Positions 15,960 to 25,677 are shown, counted from the stretch's first letter. The stretch: DNA of 64,000 nucleotides from a virus (IMGVR_UViG_3300009503_000018:32001-96000); one strand, 5' to 3'. Made by a program: numbers and translations. The notes: generated from the letters alone by a model not told the origin.

Positions 15960-18900
15960 ATGACATCAATATCTTCGGATGAAGTCGTGCCGGTAGAAGA
16001 CCCTTTTGCTTCTGATCCAAGTGTAGCACACATATTGGACAAAATCAAGAGCGCTGTTACTACCCGCTGTGATCGAGGTCTGCCGAAAATTACTCTAGCA
16101 CAGAACTTCAAACAATTCAAGAACATCATCCATTTCGTGACCGATCCAGAAGGACTCGCATTGAATACGCTATGGCATTTTAATCGGCAGTATCAGTACA
16201 TGCGGGATTTTTATTCGCTACTGTGTCCACAATGTAATAAGCCAGGTCCGAATCCCGAAGCCCCATTCGATTGTTGGGGAAAATCCGCCTTACAGCTCCA
16301 AGACGATGTGTTATTTGAAAAAAACGCGATGGGCGAATATCAATGCCCACAATGCGGTCTTTTGCAAAAAGACTCGGGACTACCGAACTATCGTGAAATG
16401 ATTGGAGTCTGTGGAATGCGCAGTGGCAAAACCATGCTCGCAGCGCAAATCCTGTTATACGAGCTTCATTGTGATTTACTCCTTAATGACCCACAAAAAT
16501 CTTGGGGTTTGGCGCCGGGGCAAGAAGTTTATTATTGCTTAAAAAAAGGCAGTCTCATCAATACTACACAAGGATATAAACCAATTGAAATTATTGGTGA
16601 AGGAGACGTTGTTATTGACAAAGACGGGAATGAAAATGTGGTAATGCAGGCCTGGGGAGAGGGTGTTCGTCCTATTATGGAAATTTCTTTGTACGGAGGA
16701 AAAAAAATATACGCCACCCCTCAACATACTCACCCCGTTTGGGCTTGGCCAAGATTATGTGCATGTGGATGTCGACGACCGGTTAATTCTGGTGTTTTAT
16801 ACGTGTCTGGACATAATTTTAATCGGCAGGTTGTAACGAAAAAAGCCGGCGCGACGATTACACAAGGTCATAACACATATCGGAATATCCCCTACGATTA
16901 TAATCCTTTTCAGCGCTTACGCACTGATGAACTACGAAAAGGTGATTATTTTCTTATTCCACGACATTTCAATGAAATCAAACCAAAACAACCAATTGAA
17001 TTTGCACGGTTGTTAGGATACTACATCGCTGAAGGAAATTCCGTTTCAAATCGAAAGGCCATTTACTTGAACTTTAGCGCTCACGAATATGAAACGTGGG
17101 CAAAAGATGCGGTAGACTTGGCGCGCGGGCTTTCCTTTGTTGCTTCTCGGAATGTACGATCTCCTCGATCACGTGTGTATATTGGATCCCAATCTTTAGA
17201 ATTATTTGAGTATCACGGTGGACGGTATTCTTCAAAAAAGCACTGTAGTGAAGAAGTAATGCGTTGGCCCCTCAAATATAAGCGTGAATTGATTATTGGA
17301 TTATTTCGCGGTGATGGAACACGAGGATATTATAAACGAAATAAAGACAAAAAAATATTTATGGTCCAATATACTACAACTTCTAAAATTTTAGCATTAC
17401 AAATTGAATTACTTCTGGCTCAACTCGGTTTTCCTTGTGCGGTATCGTGTGTTCACAAAAAGCTGCCGCGCCACGATTGTTATATTTTGCAAATTCGTGG
17501 AAATTTTGCTAAACAATTGGCACATATGATTTGGGGTGATGAATTTCCTGTTTTACCATCCAAGAAATGGAGAACCCAAGCGTGGGTAGACGACCAGTAT
17601 GTGTATATTCCAGTCCGATCTGTGAAGTTTGTTCCTTCCGATGAAGTATACAACATTACAGTCGATAATTCACATTCATATTTATGTGAAAACATTGCAA
17701 CTTATAATTCCGTTGCAACCACGAAAGGCGAACAAGCCAAAGACACGATTTTTGCCGCGATTGATGGCCTATTTACGAATTCTCCGTGGTTTACGCGCTA
17801 TGTCAATGCCCTTAAACATACAGCAAAAAACCAAGGAGTTCCTGTAGACAGCGTTTTCGTCAAAAACTTGTCGGAGATTCGCTTCTTGCACAAACAGCTT
17901 TTTGTGGATTTAACCGGCTCGAACTCGGCTGGCATAGCCGGAAAAACCCGAAAAGTGTGCGTTGTCGACGAAGTCGCGCGATTTATGGAAACCGAAAGTC
18001 GCATGGGTGTAGACGCTGTTTACGATACGCTCAAAGCGTCGCTTCTTACGCTTTCCAAATACGGATCGAAAATGATCTGTATTTCGTCTCCACTGTTCAA
18101 AACCGACAAAATCATGCGCCTCAAAGAAGAAGCACTCACAACGATAGAACACGCAAAAGCGGAGGGAAAAACCCCCTTTGTCCTCGTATTTCATCATGCG
18201 ACATGGGATTTTAATCCGAATATTAAACTAGAAGACGCATTTATTCAAGAAGAATTTCGGAAAAATCCTGTCGCAGCACGCCGAGACTTTGGTGCGGACC
18301 CTCCTGGGGCGTTAGATCCGTGGATCCCCGAGGAATCTTGGATTGATAGATGTGTAGACCCAGACATTACAAATCTCGTGTTCGTTCGCGATAGGACAAG
18401 ACCACGTCTATTGAAAGACAATGTCACAACAGTTGTGCAAAAAGATCTGGCGAGCATGGTCTTGGATGTGCCGACGACCCGACACATCACAATTGCCTGT
18501 GACCCAGGATATCGCAAAGACTCGTTTGGTATGGTCTTAGGATATACAAAGTTCACGGAAACACAGCGAGGGGGTGAGGAACATTTGTACGTGGGTGCCG
18601 TTCTTGTATGGGAACCCCGGGAAAAACCGCGAATCGAAGTTGATTTTGTGAATGTCCTAGACTGTATTCGTCGATTTGCGAAACATTGGATCGTTGACAA
18701 AGTGTATTATGACCAATGGCAGTCAATTTTTCAAATTCAACAACTTCGAGATGAAGGAATTGATACTGATCGAATATCCTTGGAACCAAAAGATTGGGAT
18801 TTGCTTGCAACGCTGATTTACAATCAGCAAATCCATTTACTCTCACCAGACAAAGGGGGGAAAGCGGCAGAACGGTTGCTTTGGGAACTCAAAAATCTTC

Positions 18901-19070
18901 AAATCAAAGACAAAGGCAGAGTAGACCACGCTTCGTATTCTTCCAGCGATTTGGCAGTTTGTTTAGCTCGTCTTGCAAAAGCTTTAGTAAGTCCTCAAGC
19001 GGGACGGAAAAAGACTTTGGATCAACGCTCGGCGGGGATTGCTCGGACCGTGCATTTGCGCCGACCGTGA
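15960..19070 (+). CDS. terL: Terminase large subunit with intein
   Basis: Walker A GMRSGKT, Walker B CVVDEVARF, ICISSP, RDFGA, nuclease ACDPGYRKDSFG...YYDQWQS...DLAVC; start chosen at ATG 15960 (track 15885). Confidence 0.85.
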   Translation: MTSISSDEVVPVEDPFASDPSVAHILDKIKSAVTTRCDRGLPKITLAQNFKQFKNIIHFVTDPEGLALNTLWHFNRQYQYMRDFYSLLCPQCNKPGPNPEAPFDCWGKSALQLQDDVLFEKNAMGEYQCPQCGLLQKDSGLPNYREMIGVCGMRSGKTMLAAQILLYELHCDLLLNDPQKSWGLAPGQEVYYCLKKGSLINTTQGYKPIEIIGEGDVVIDKDGNENVVMQAWGEGVRPIMEISLYGGKKIYATPQHTHPVWAWPRLCACGCRRPVNSGVLYVSGHNFNRQVVTKKAGATITQGHNTYRNIPYDYNPFQRLRTDELRKGDYFLIPRHFNEIKPKQPIEFARLLGYYIAEGNSVSNRKAIYLNFSAHEYETWAKDAVDLARGLSFVASRNVRSPRSRVYIGSQSLELFEYHGGRYSSKKHCSEEVMRWPLKYKRELIIGLFRGDGTRGYYKRNKDKKIFMVQYTTTSKILALQIELLLAQLGFPCAVSCVHKKLPRHDCYILQIRGNFAKQLAHMIWGDEFPVLPSKKWRTQAWVDDQYVYIPVRSVKFVPSDEVYNITVDNSHSYLCENIATYNSVATTKGEQAKDTIFAAIDGLFTNSPWFTRYVNALKHTAKNQGVPVDSVFVKNLSEIRFLHKQLFVDLTGSNSAGIAGKTRKVCVVDEVARFMETESRMGVDAVYDTLKASLLTLSKYGSKMICISSPLFKTDKIMRLKEEALTTIEHAKAEGKTPFVLVFHHATWDFNPNIKLEDAFIQEEFRKNPVAARRDFGADPPGALDPWIPEESWIDRCVDPDITNLVFVRDRTRPRLLKDNVTTVVQKDLASMVLDVPTTRHITIACDPGYRKDSFGMVLGYTKFTETQRGGEEHLYVGAVLVWEPREKPRIEVDFVNVLDCIRRFAKHWIVDKVYYDQWQSIFQIQQLRDEGIDTDRISLEPKDWDLLATLIYNQQIHLLSPDKGGKAAERLLWELKNLQIKDKGRVDHASYSSSDLAVCLARLAKALVSPQAGRKKTLDQRSAGIARTVHLRRP
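16536..17708 (+). mobile_element. Intein with LAGLIDADG homing endonuclease (391 aa)
   Basis: Starts CLKKGSLINT; block B ATPQHTHPVW; LLGYYIAEGN and LIIGLFRGDG; ends VYNITVDNSHSYLCENIATYN followed by Ser+1; splicing restores QEVYY-SVATTKGEQAKDTIF. Confidence 0.92.
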
Positions 19071-19219
19071 CTCGAAGACTTTTAAGGAATAAAACTGAAG
19101 AACTCCGAGTGAGGAATTCCAAGCCAATGCAAAATAAGATGTAGAATAGGAAAGACCAACGAAAGTCTCCACAGCCAACAACACGCGTGATTTTGAATAT
19201 TTTTTGTACAAATCCTCAT

Positions 19220-20190
19220 TTACGCTCTCTCCAAATACGTATTACTAACGACTTTGAGAATTACTCGTTCGCATTCAGGATGCCATCGTTCCTGCATTGG
19301 CTTTATGACGATACCTTCTCGGCAATGATTGGCTCCCGGGATAAGCGTATTTCCTTCAGCCAACGCGAGCATTCGATCATAGTCCATAGGGCAGCAATCT
19401 ACAATCGGCACCCACGGCAAATCCGGCCCTCCGAAGCTGTACAGATCTTTGGCATCTACCCATTGGCCATTATGCCAAATATCAAATACCGCAATATGGA
19501 CCTGTCCCGGCTTAGCCCCATAGCGCAGGTCTTGGACCCATCCGTAGACTTCACCGTACACAGCAGTCCCGGGATTCGCTCGGAGAAAGTCTTGCAAAGC
19601 TGGATACTGACGCAGCGCCTTCCACCACACCACATCATCCGCTTCGCTTTTCCATGTTGTCCGAGAGCCGGCACGAAACCGTCCATCCACATAGACCCAT
19701 CGCCCATTGGTTCCATGGATCTTCTCTGTTACTACAACCATTTCTCCAGACTCAAACACACTGCGCCCGTACTTTCGAAAAGACTCAATGTCGTATACAG
19801 GATAATGACCAGGGGGGGCCTGCTCGCATTTTCCGCAAGACGTGGATTGGACTCCGGCGGTTCGTAATGCACAATCCCAAGAACCTGTGTCATGTCTTCG
19901 CCGATTTGCGCTCCGGGAGGAGCCGGGACTAGGAGTCCGGCACTCCATTGCCCTCGCAAGCGTCGAGCTTTGATGCGCCGCTCGTCTTTGAGAAAGGCGA
20001 ATTCTGGTGTATCAGGGACGACGTTATCGGGCGGAATGTACACACCTCGATCCTTCCCGATCCAATCTTCGGTTCTGACCACAACTTGATAGCCTCCGCC
20101 GTAGATTTTCACGATCGAGAGACGATCAGCATTCGGGTGCGGCTCCAAAACCACAGGAACAACTTCTGCCTTGTGTGTACTACTGGCCAT
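19220..20190 (-). CDS. Rnl2-type RNA ligase (DRB0094-like, N-terminal OB/tRNA-binding domain), split by a frameshift in a C7 run
   Basis: Frame 1 (20190 to about 19812) HPNADRL...KARRLRGQWSAGL; frame 2 (to 19220) TEKIHGTN, VYGEVYG, VFDI, REGIVIK, ILKVVS; junction AGG-CCCCCCC-T-GGT at 19812..19818. Confidence 0.85.
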
Positions 20191-20380
20191 GTCGCTTCCT
20201 TTTGATCTTAAGACGTTTGTCTAATTCGTCCATGTTCTTACGCATTTCAGGATCGTTATCCGCATGGCGGACGATTACGCGCTTCTTTGTCGAGTCGTAG
20301 TACGAACTACAAACCAATCGGCGAGGTTTGATATTCATCATATGTTACTGCAAAGTCTGAGAGAATTTCCCAAGCACGCG

Positions 20381-20776
20381 CTACTCTGTCACATACCTTT
20401 GTTTTAGGGGTTGCCATATGTCTTTTAGGACCCACGCAACCGCGCTACACCTTTGCAGGATGTCGTTCACAACCTCTTGCTGCGGATATTCGGTCAACAC
20501 GATCCCCAGCACCATCAGTACTTTGAGCGTTGTTGCAACGTCTCGCGGGAGTTCCGCCGGTAGGTTTCCGTCGTGTCGTTGGAAGAATGCCGCGAGTTCG
20601 GCGATATCGCGCCGCATCATTTGCCTATTGGTTTGTGTCATAAAATAAACCTTCCTTTCGGCTACCTCTTTCTGACGGGTTTTGCGAGCAATTGCATTCA
20701 GCCGGCCAAACGTCGCCATTGTGTCAAGTCCGTTCGAGTCAAACTTGAGAATACACGAACTGTCGGCAGAAGTCAA
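20381..20776 (-). CDS. Hypothetical protein
   Basis: 131-aa ORF; true start probably internal (MATFG). Confidence 0.5.
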   Translation of the reverse strand: MTSADSSCILKFDSNGLDTMATFGRLNAIARKTRQKEVAERKVYFMTQTNRQMMRRDIAELAAFFQRHDGNLPAELPRDVATTLKVLMVLGIVLTEYPQQEVVNDILQRCSAVAWVLKDIWQPLKQRYVTE

Positions 20777-20818
20777 GAGGGGGGGGGCAAATTTTTTGAT
20801 AAGACGGACTCCGGCGGT

Positions 20819-21823
20819 TTATAATGCACAATCCCACGAACCTGCGTATTTTTTTGATTCCCACCACGACCGATGCGCGCGATACCACTCAACCGTAGCT
20901 GCAAGCCCGTCTCGCAGCGACCAGCGCGGTCGCCAGCCCGTTGCCCGCAGTCGGCTAGAGTCAAGTGCGTAACGTCGATCATGTCCCGGTCGATCTGTTA
21001 TATACTGCACAAGACTTTCGGGACGCCCCGTTAGCTCAAGGATAGCCTTAGCAATTTCCAGATTTGACGCTTCATTTTCCGCACTTACATTGAATACACT
21101 ACCAATGTCGCCTTCTTGCCCCAGCAAGTGCCATAACGCTGCGCAATGATCCTCGACGTGAATCCAGTCACGCACATTCATTCCATCCCCATAAAGTGGA
21201 AGTGGCTTTCCGTCGAAGGCATTTGTCACGAAAAGCGGAATAAGCTTTTCTGGAAATTGGTAAGGACCATAATTGTTCGAACAGCGTGTAATCACAGTTG
21301 GTAGCCCATAGGTTGTAGCATATGCTTGAACAAATGCATCGGCTGCGGCCTTACTTGCCGCATACGGGCTCGATGGTCGCGTAGGCCATTCCTCTGTTGC
21401 CCGTCCTTTTGCAATGCTTCCGTAGACTTCATCAGTTGACACATGAAGAAATCGCCGAAGTCCCCGCAATCCCCGCGCGACCTTCAGCAAAGCCACTGTT
21501 CCTACAACATTGGTCTGAAGAAATGGAGCGGGATCGACAATGCTGCGATCCACATGGGACTCGGCTGCGAAATGTACAATTGTATCAATTCGTTCCTCGC
21601 GGAGGAGTAATGCCACGGCTGGCCAATCTACTATATTTCCGCGCACGAACCGAAAGCGAGCGTCGCCCTCCAAGTCAGCGAGGTTCGCCCAATTTCCTGC
21701 ATACGTAAGGAGATCTAAGACTACCAACCGTTCAATGAGCGGAGTGCCCGGTGTTCCCTCGAACATTCCACGAACAAAGTTTGTGCCAATAAAGCCGGCT
21801 CCTCCGGTCACGAACAGACGCAT
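20819..21823 (-). CDS. rfbB: dTDP-glucose 4,6-dehydratase
   Basis: TGGAGFIG, HFAAESHVDRSI, STDEVYG, YAASK, CSNNYGPYQFPEKLIP, DRPGHDRRY. Confidence 0.95.
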   Translation of the reverse strand: MRLFVTGGAGFIGTNFVRGMFEGTPGTPLIERLVVLDLLTYAGNWANLADLEGDARFRFVRGNIVDWPAVALLLREERIDTIVHFAAESHVDRSIVDPAPFLQTNVVGTVALLKVARGLRGLRRFLHVSTDEVYGSIAKGRATEEWPTRPSSPYAASKAAADAFVQAYATTYGLPTVITRCSNNYGPYQFPEKLIPLFVTNAFDGKPLPLYGDGMNVRDWIHVEDHCAALWHLLGQEGDIGSVFNVSAENEASNLEIAKAILELTGRPESLVQYITDRPGHDRRYALDSSRLRATGWRPRWSLRDGLAATVEWYRAHRSWWESKKYAGSWDCAL

Positions 21824-21841
21824 GATCTTTTCAAAAAATAG

Positions 21842-22051
21842 TTATTTGATCTTTTCAAAAATAGAAATTTCGATGTGAGACCCATCTTCAAATTCTAAGT
21901 ACAACCCATACGGAGAAGGTGCTGCATCGGCGTGGCTGTACCGTGTGACCTTATTTAAAACGGCAATTCGACTATCATGTCGAAAACGTATATCCGCCCT
22001 AGCTAAAGCGTCAGCAATAAGATTTTCAATATCAACTAAATCTACCGTCAT
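21842..22051 (-). CDS. Hypothetical protein
   Basis: AAGGAG RBS, 69 aa. Confidence 0.55.
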   Translation of the reverse strand: MTVDLVDIENLIADALARADIRFRHDSRIAVLNKVTRYSHADAAPSPYGLYLEFEDGSHIEISIFEKIK

Positions 22052-22053
22052 TA

Positions 22054-23034
22054 TTATTCTCCTTTTGAAAATTCCTGGAGTAACTTCTTTTGTTTTTCTG
22101 TTAATTTTTGCGGGACTTCAATGGTTATCTCTACGATTTGGTCTCCTGTTTTCTGTCGGCTTTTTACGCCCTTGCCTGGAACGCGAAAACATGTGCCGAT
22201 TTGTGTACCGGCGGGTATATGAAGAATAATATTGCCAAACAGTAACGTGGGGACTTCGATGGTCCCACCGAGAACAGCCGTAGAAAAAGGAATAGGGTAT
22301 TTTATTTTCAAATCGTCGCCTATTCGTTCAAACTTGTGGTGGGGGAGTACGGAAATATGTAGATAAAAATTTCCGGGTCTTCCTCCACACCGTCCTGCAT
22401 GACCAAAATTGTGCTTTACAAGGACTGCGTCGTGCTCTGTCGCCGGACGCAACTCTACAGCGACGACTTCTTTTTTCGGAACACGTCCCTCTCCATGACA
22501 GGTCTGACATTTGGCCTTTATCGCAGCGCCGTACCCGCCGCAAGAAATGCAAGTCTGTGTAAATGAAAAATATCCCGCGCGCTGGGAAATATGCCCTTGT
22601 CCTTTACAATGTTCACAAGGCGCTTCTTCTCCACCCCGTCCACGACACTCGCTGCATTCTTGAAGTCGGGAAATCTCAAATCGTTTGGTACATCCAGCAA
22701 TCGCTTCTTCTAAGGTAATATGAAGAACATGGTGCAAATCTTCTCCACGCCGGGTCCGAGAAACTCTCTCTTGTGCAAAGAAAGAATTAAACGCATTATA
22801 TATTCCTTCGAGATTATCAGTGAAGAACTCTGGTTCTTTCTTTTGACCGTCTTTATTTAAAAGCGTGTCTTTTGCTTCAAGTATCTCGCGAAATTTTTCT
22901 TCCGCTTCTTTTCGATTATTAGGACACTTATCGGGATGCCATTGTACTGCTAATTTCCTAAATGCCGCTTTAATGTCATCCGCAGTTGCGGATTCGTTGA
23001 GTCCCAGAATTTGATATGCGCGAGTATGTGTCAT
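22054..23034 (-). CDS. dnaJ: DnaJ chaperone
   Basis: J-domain with HPD, four CxxCxGxG repeats, C-terminal domain. Confidence 0.95.
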   Translation of the reverse strand: MTHTRAYQILGLNESATADDIKAAFRKLAVQWHPDKCPNNRKEAEEKFREILEAKDTLLNKDGQKKEPEFFTDNLEGIYNAFNSFFAQERVSRTRRGEDLHHVLHITLEEAIAGCTKRFEISRLQECSECRGRGGEEAPCEHCKGQGHISQRAGYFSFTQTCISCGGYGAAIKAKCQTCHGEGRVPKKEVVAVELRPATEHDAVLVKHNFGHAGRCGGRPGNFYLHISVLPHHKFERIGDDLKIKYPIPFSTAVLGGTIEVPTLLFGNIILHIPAGTQIGTCFRVPGKGVKSRQKTGDQIVEITIEVPQKLTEKQKKLLQEFSKGE

Positions 23035-23121
23035 TGAAAGTTACATATTAGCTGACACAAAATAGTATAATCTGAATCATAACTAATTGTACACAAAATT
23101 GCACATAAAATGTTGGTTAGT

Positions 23122-23205
23122 AGCGGCGGAGGGACTCGAACCCCCACGGATATTAATTCCGCCGGTTTTTGAGACCGGAGCGTCTGCCAATTCCGCCACG
23201 CCGCC
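23122..23205 (-). tRNA. tRNA-Leu(CAA)
   Basis: GGCGGCG/CGCCGCT acceptor, D-arm GCGGAATTGGCAGACGC, CCGGT-CT-CAA-AA-ACCGG, long variable arm, GGTTCGAGTCC; CCA not encoded. Confidence 0.92.
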
Positions 23206-23245
23206 ATTTTCCAATCCTTTAGCGCGGGATTGGAGATATGTCGCA

Positions 23246-23701
23246 TTATGTGTCTGAACCTACCTGAACCGGAATTTTCACGACTTGAGGTTTGGGATTA
23301 TTCTTTTTTACAGTAATTGTCAAAACCCCATATTGCAGTTTAGCGGTAACGTCCTCTTCTTTTATCGGTATATTGGCGATAGAAGGATCCCTTGCGATAC
23401 AAGTGCATGTGTGCGAAGTCTGCGTTTCTGCATTATGGCGCTTCGCTGTTACTGAGACATAATTTCCGGGACGTAATTCGATTGTTATGTCTTCTGGACG
23501 TACTCCGAGCATATCGAAATTAAAAGTTACGGTATCTTCCTTGTCATAAATTTTTGGATATGAATGGTCTGCACAATACCTCACATACTGGTTAGAAAAA
23601 TTATCTCTCATATAAGAGTCATACCACTCCCTATAAGAATCATACCACGACCAAAAAGAATAATCCATACCTGGTGGATTCACATTCAATAGCCACGTCA
23701 T
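23246..23701 (-). CDS. Hsp20/alpha-crystallin small heat-shock protein
   Basis: AGGAGG RBS before MTWLL; DMLGVRPEDITIEL...VTAKLQYGVLTITVKK. Confidence 0.8.
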   Translation of the reverse strand: MTWLLNVNPPGMDYSFWSWYDSYREWYDSYMRDNFSNQYVRYCADHSYPKIYDKEDTVTFNFDMLGVRPEDITIELRPGNYVSVTAKRHNAETQTSHTCTCIARDPSIANIPIKEEDVTAKLQYGVLTITVKKNNPKPQVVKIPVQVGSDT

Positions 23702-23714
23702 TCTAATCCTCCTT

Positions 23715-24050
23715 TTAGTGAAGAGTTCTTTGTATTGGTTCCTGCTGTTGTAATGGGAAATGCACATCGAACCATCGGTCAGCACAAGAGTCACAGAACG
23801 TGTCAGGGAGATATCGTCCATGTGGACACGTCACAAACCCAAACATCGCCCGAACAATAAATTCTCGTTGAAGGCACGGCGTATATATTCGTTTATCGTA
23901 TAGATAAACGAACAGACAAATCCCGAAAAATAGCCCTGTAGCCCACCAAGGGCAAAAGTAAACAACTAAAGTACATAGCCATCCAATCGGAGCAAAAAAT
24001 ACCGCCGGTGAAACAAAACTCTTCGCGATACGATTTTTAAATTTCATCAC
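23715..24050 (-). CDS. Membrane protein
   Basis: Hydrophobic N-half, 111 aa. Confidence 0.5.
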   Translation of the reverse strand: MMKFKNRIAKSFVSPAVFFAPIGWLCTLVVYFCPWWATGLFFGICLFVYLYDKRIYTPCLQREFIVRAMFGFVTCPHGRYLPDTFCDSCADRWFDVHFPLQQQEPIQRTLH

Positions 24051-25234
24051 TCCAACTCTCCAGTTTTATTGTTTCCAAAAATAGACAAATCAACTTGTTT
24101 TGTGTTTTGTAGAAGTAGAGATTTTAGCAACTTTTCACGATTCGCCATTTCTCCCAAATACACGCTCATTGCATATGCAAACTTCTTGGTATGTCCATAT
24201 TCCTGTTGGGCTCGAATCGCAAATTCTTTCCTATCTTCGCGACGAATATTATCAATATTTCTAGGTCGAGCTTCCGTTTCTTTGCGCTCTCGTGCTGTTT
24301 TCCAGTTCGTTACTTTGGTTTGAATATGCTGCTCGATTGCTTCGAGTTCTCGGACCCCGTCGTACAGCGTCGAGATCGCTGGCATTGCCCACATCGTGAT
24401 TTCTTCGTCAAATGACTCCTTAAACTTATCGACGAATTGAGAAAATGTCGGTCGTCCGTATTGGAAATACATATCGGCCAACTTTTCGGTCGTTAAGTTA
24501 GATTTGAGTGCATGTTTTGTCAAGTAGTGGGCGCACTTTACTTTAACCAATGATTGCTCATGGCGCAGCCGAATAACGTACCCTTCAATGTCTTTGTTCT
24601 TTTCCAAATCTGTATACAGGTCTGCCCAACCTTGCGATGTCAAAGGGAAAAATTGTGTTACCGGAATATTCAAAATTTGTCCAATTTCTGTCAATTCAGA
24701 CATGCGGACATAAGACATTGTCCGATGGTCTACAGCGCCGATCAAGTACAAAGCAGGTTCTGGATACTTAATTACAATGGTGTTAAATGGACTCACCCAT
24801 TCGAAGAGCAAGCTATGATTTTTTGCGAATCCCACGTCGAACAGTTTTGGATACTTTTTAGTAAACTCTGTGTCAATCTCAAAGGCATTTTCCAAATGCG
24901 AATACCCGAATGATCCTCGGGTCCGTAGATAGACTTTGTTGTTATACACTGAGCGGATAAGCAAAGATCCGTCGATTTTCAATGTTGCCAAAGCATCATT
25001 ATGCTCAATAGCTTGAGCAATATCATTAATCGCTATGCGCAAATCGTCCGGTCCTTGTCCCACATTAAAGAATTTTCCAAATCCTTGGGACACGACTTGA
25101 CCGTCGAGAGTTTCAACCCGCGACCGCCACCACACATTTTTTGGCGTCCATCCTGCATTGCCTATCGCAGCACTATGCGCGGGAACAATCAATCGCAGCC
25201 CGTCTTTTTCTTGGATATTGAAATATTCATTCAT
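24047..25234 (-). CDS. T4 RnlA-like (Rnl1) RNA ligase
   Basis: GFGKFFN, KIDGSL, RTRGSF, LLFEWVSP, IEGYVI, VKVKCAHY; start chosen at MNEYF (25234). Confidence 0.85.
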   Translation of the reverse strand: MNEYFNIQEKDGLRLIVPAHSAAIGNAGWTPKNVWWRSRVETLDGQVVSQGFGKFFNVGQGPDDLRIAINDIAQAIEHNDALATLKIDGSLLIRSVYNNKVYLRTRGSFGYSHLENAFEIDTEFTKKYPKLFDVGFAKNHSLLFEWVSPFNTIVIKYPEPALYLIGAVDHRTMSYVRMSELTEIGQILNIPVTQFFPLTSQGWADLYTDLEKNKDIEGYVIRLRHEQSLVKVKCAHYLTKHALKSNLTTEKLADMYFQYGRPTFSQFVDKFKESFDEEITMWAMPAISTLYDGVRELEAIEQHIQTKVTNWKTARERKETEARPRNIDNIRREDRKEFAIRAQQEYGHTKKFAYAMSVYLGEMANREKLLKSLLLQNTKQVDLSIFGNNKTGELE

Positions 25235-25345
25235 AATGCCAACGTTTGCTACACCCACTACTAGGATAGTGGAAAATTACTCAAGACGCAGGTGATTGAT
25301 CTTCGTGCATGTTACCGCGCGATTGCTATAGCACGTTAGCGTGAC
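25235..25345. repeat. Imperfect direct repeat, copy 1: tRNA-Lys leader plus tRNA 5' fragment
   Basis: Aligns to 25401..25519 with a few substitutions and small indels. Confidence 0.9.
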
Positions 25346-25349
25346 GTAG

Positions 25350-25424
25350 TGGGGGCGGTGGGAATCGAACCCACGTTTAGCCGGATTAAAAGTCCGGAGC
25401 AATGCCAACGTTTGCTACACCCCC
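25350..25424 (-). tRNA. tRNA-Lys(UUU)
   Basis: GGGGGTG/CGCCCCC acceptor, CCGGA-CT-TTT-AA-TCCGG anticodon arm, GTGGG-TTCGATT-CCCAC T-arm; CCA not encoded. Confidence 0.9.
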
Positions 25425-25519
25425 ACTACTAGTATATTGGAAAATTACTCGAAGTCAAGACGCAGGCGATTGATCTTCGTGCATGTTACCGCGCGATTGC
25501 TATAGCACGTTAGCATGAC
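25401..25519. repeat. Imperfect direct repeat, copy 2
   Basis: Covers tRNA-Lys nt 1-24 and about 95 bp of leader. Confidence 0.9.
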
Positions 25520-25677
25520 CGCGCCTTGTTCGGAGAACTTGAAATCACGAACTGTGACCTCAAGTTATTGAACTTCTCCCTCATGAGCAGGAAGTCATCA
25601 AATGTTTGAATACGCAGGTTGAATACGCAGATTACAAAGACTTTACAATCGCGATGACTTCGGAGGAGTATGTGTAT

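Noticed and set aside
25520-25677. Structured ncRNA upstream of tRNA-Lys
   Set aside because: No convincing long stems; looks like a decayed short ORF
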